Assembly: GCF_025526975.1 (NCBI RefSeq)
Contig: NW_026515670.1
Coordinates: 248,001 to 312,000 of the forward strand
DNA: 64,000 nucleotides
DNA from: Fimicolochytrium jonesii
Taxonomy: Eukaryota
Direction: 5' to 3'
Part shown: one piece after another, positions 62,805-64,000 of the stretch
Layout: every line of letters begins with the position of its first letter
How positions within the stretch are numbered: the first letter of the stretch is position 1
Program-made: the position numbers and the translations under genes
The notes under the pieces: generated by a model
The model's database searches: none
What the model was told of the DNA's origin: nothing
Seen by the model: the letters and a program-made list of their open reading frames with translations, nothing else

Positions 62805-63023
62805 TGTAATGAGGTGCTGCAGGTGTCACCTTAGTGCGGGGAAGCGCGTAGGGCATGAGATCACGTGTAGCGTAGATTATATTGGGGTTCTACGCTCTGG
62901 GGTGACTCCCAAAGGGAAGAAAAGCCTTCGGGCGGCGCCCCGGGAGGTAGAAACTCTAGAATTCTTTCAATACATCGAGCAGAGACAGAGCTAGCCTCTG
63001 GCAACGGACCTAGCATTATTACA
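62805..63023 (+). repeat. Probable 3' LTR of family C (219 bp)
   Basis: Begins TGTAAT directly after the purine tract AAGGGGGG and ends ATTACA (6-bp terminal inverted repeat). No partner LTR in the window. Confidence 0.7.
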
Positions 63024-64000
63024 AGGTCGGTTGAGAACCAAAGGAGGAACCCGAGGTTTAGTCATAGGTCAAAAGTTACCCATGACGTGTTTTCAGGAGA
63101 AAAACGTTAAGAATGTCAGGTGCAGATCCAAAGAAAAACATTCAATCGCGCGTGATGACAAAATCAAAGCGACTGGCATTTTCTATAATTGGGGGTGTAG
63201 CCACCAGCAGAAGTCGCCGGCCTGCCTGCCCATCTGAAGAAGTACGGAAATTGACAGCAGCTGGTCGTTGACTTCTGGGTTGCACACGGAGGCTTGGCGA
63301 ACCCGTCGTACCCGGACTATTGGCCACCTACTGTATACAAGTCTCGCCGATGCCCTTCTTGGCCGCCGTCGCTCGCATCCCCGGCCCTTTGCCTTCCTTG
63401 CCCGAAAGCGTGCACCCTCCGATGCACGTCAAGTCTAGTCAAGAACGCGTGCGCTCATAAACGCGTTTTGCGCAGTGGGATCTCCGATCGCGCCGACTGA
63501 CAGAAGGAAGGGGTCCTAGGACTTTCGCCAACTTGTCCCAGGAACGCTGTTCGTCGCATTTTCAACCTTCGTCTGCAAGAATGCTGCGGAATATCCACCT
63601 TCTGAGTGAGATACCCAGATATCAGCCGCACTTCACTCCCCCAGGGTCTCAAAATTATCGTCGTGCCATCTCATCATATAAGAACACCGCGGTTTTAGAC
63701 CCTCACAAACACATTCATCACCACTGCGACACCCAGAGCTGAAGCAATACATAGAACTCGAAAGTAAAAGGATGTCATTCATCCCCGACCCCGAAACAAT
63801 CCCTTCAGTTTCCTACCTCCCCTTCCGCTCCGATATGGCGCGGTACATGGTCGCCGAGATTCGTAACATCGGTACGGATAAACTGTTGGTTTCCATTCCC
63901 CGACATACTATGCGTCTGACGCAAATCATGTTTCTCCCCATGATTCACTAGCGGCAGGCCTAGCAACAACCGGCCTAGCCTCCCACGCCGACAAGATAGA

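Larger units (their letters stand above)
45486..63023 (+). mobile_element. Ty3/Gypsy chromovirus family C (5' LTR absent, internally deleted, interrupted by block B)
   Basis: RS-rich ORF at 45486, RT-RH-IN at 46.3-48.77 kb, resumption at 60674 after TSD AACAT with GPF and chromodomain, PPT at about 62798-62804, and LTR 62805-63023. Confidence 0.85.

Noticed and set aside
63024..64000. Continuation or second terminus of the CMC transposon
   Set aside because: No transposase motifs and no reverse complement of the 30638 terminus were found by eye.

Overview
Eukaryotic, fungal DNA with short GT-AG introns of about 50-80 nt; the gene set and style suggest an early-diverging, chytrid-like fungus (inference only). 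Positions 1-28.7 kb are gene-dense host sequence: a PAM2-motif protein, a coiled-coil protein, an SLC12 cation-chloride cotransporter, a CTL/SLC44 transporter, an HD-domain protein, PDRG1, an E2 enzyme, a PD-(D/E)xK-like protein, and divergent SEC10/VPS54. From about 30.6 kb to 63 kb is a transposon nest. A CACTA/CMC-type DNA transposon is cut by Ty3/Gypsy chromoviruses of three families (here called A, B, C). Families A and B show a Tf1-type self-priming PBS and a -1 frameshift slippery site followed by a probable pseudoknot. The B block (48766-60673, TSD AACAT) contains two inversion isomers of one element joined through a shared LTR. The best novelty candidate lies in the 3' UTR of family C: an antisense, TATA-driven, intron-containing gene (61704-62462) encoding a probable nuclear protein with tandem RING-like Cys/His motifs, visible only after manual splicing. 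All exon models were read by eye; no database searches were run.
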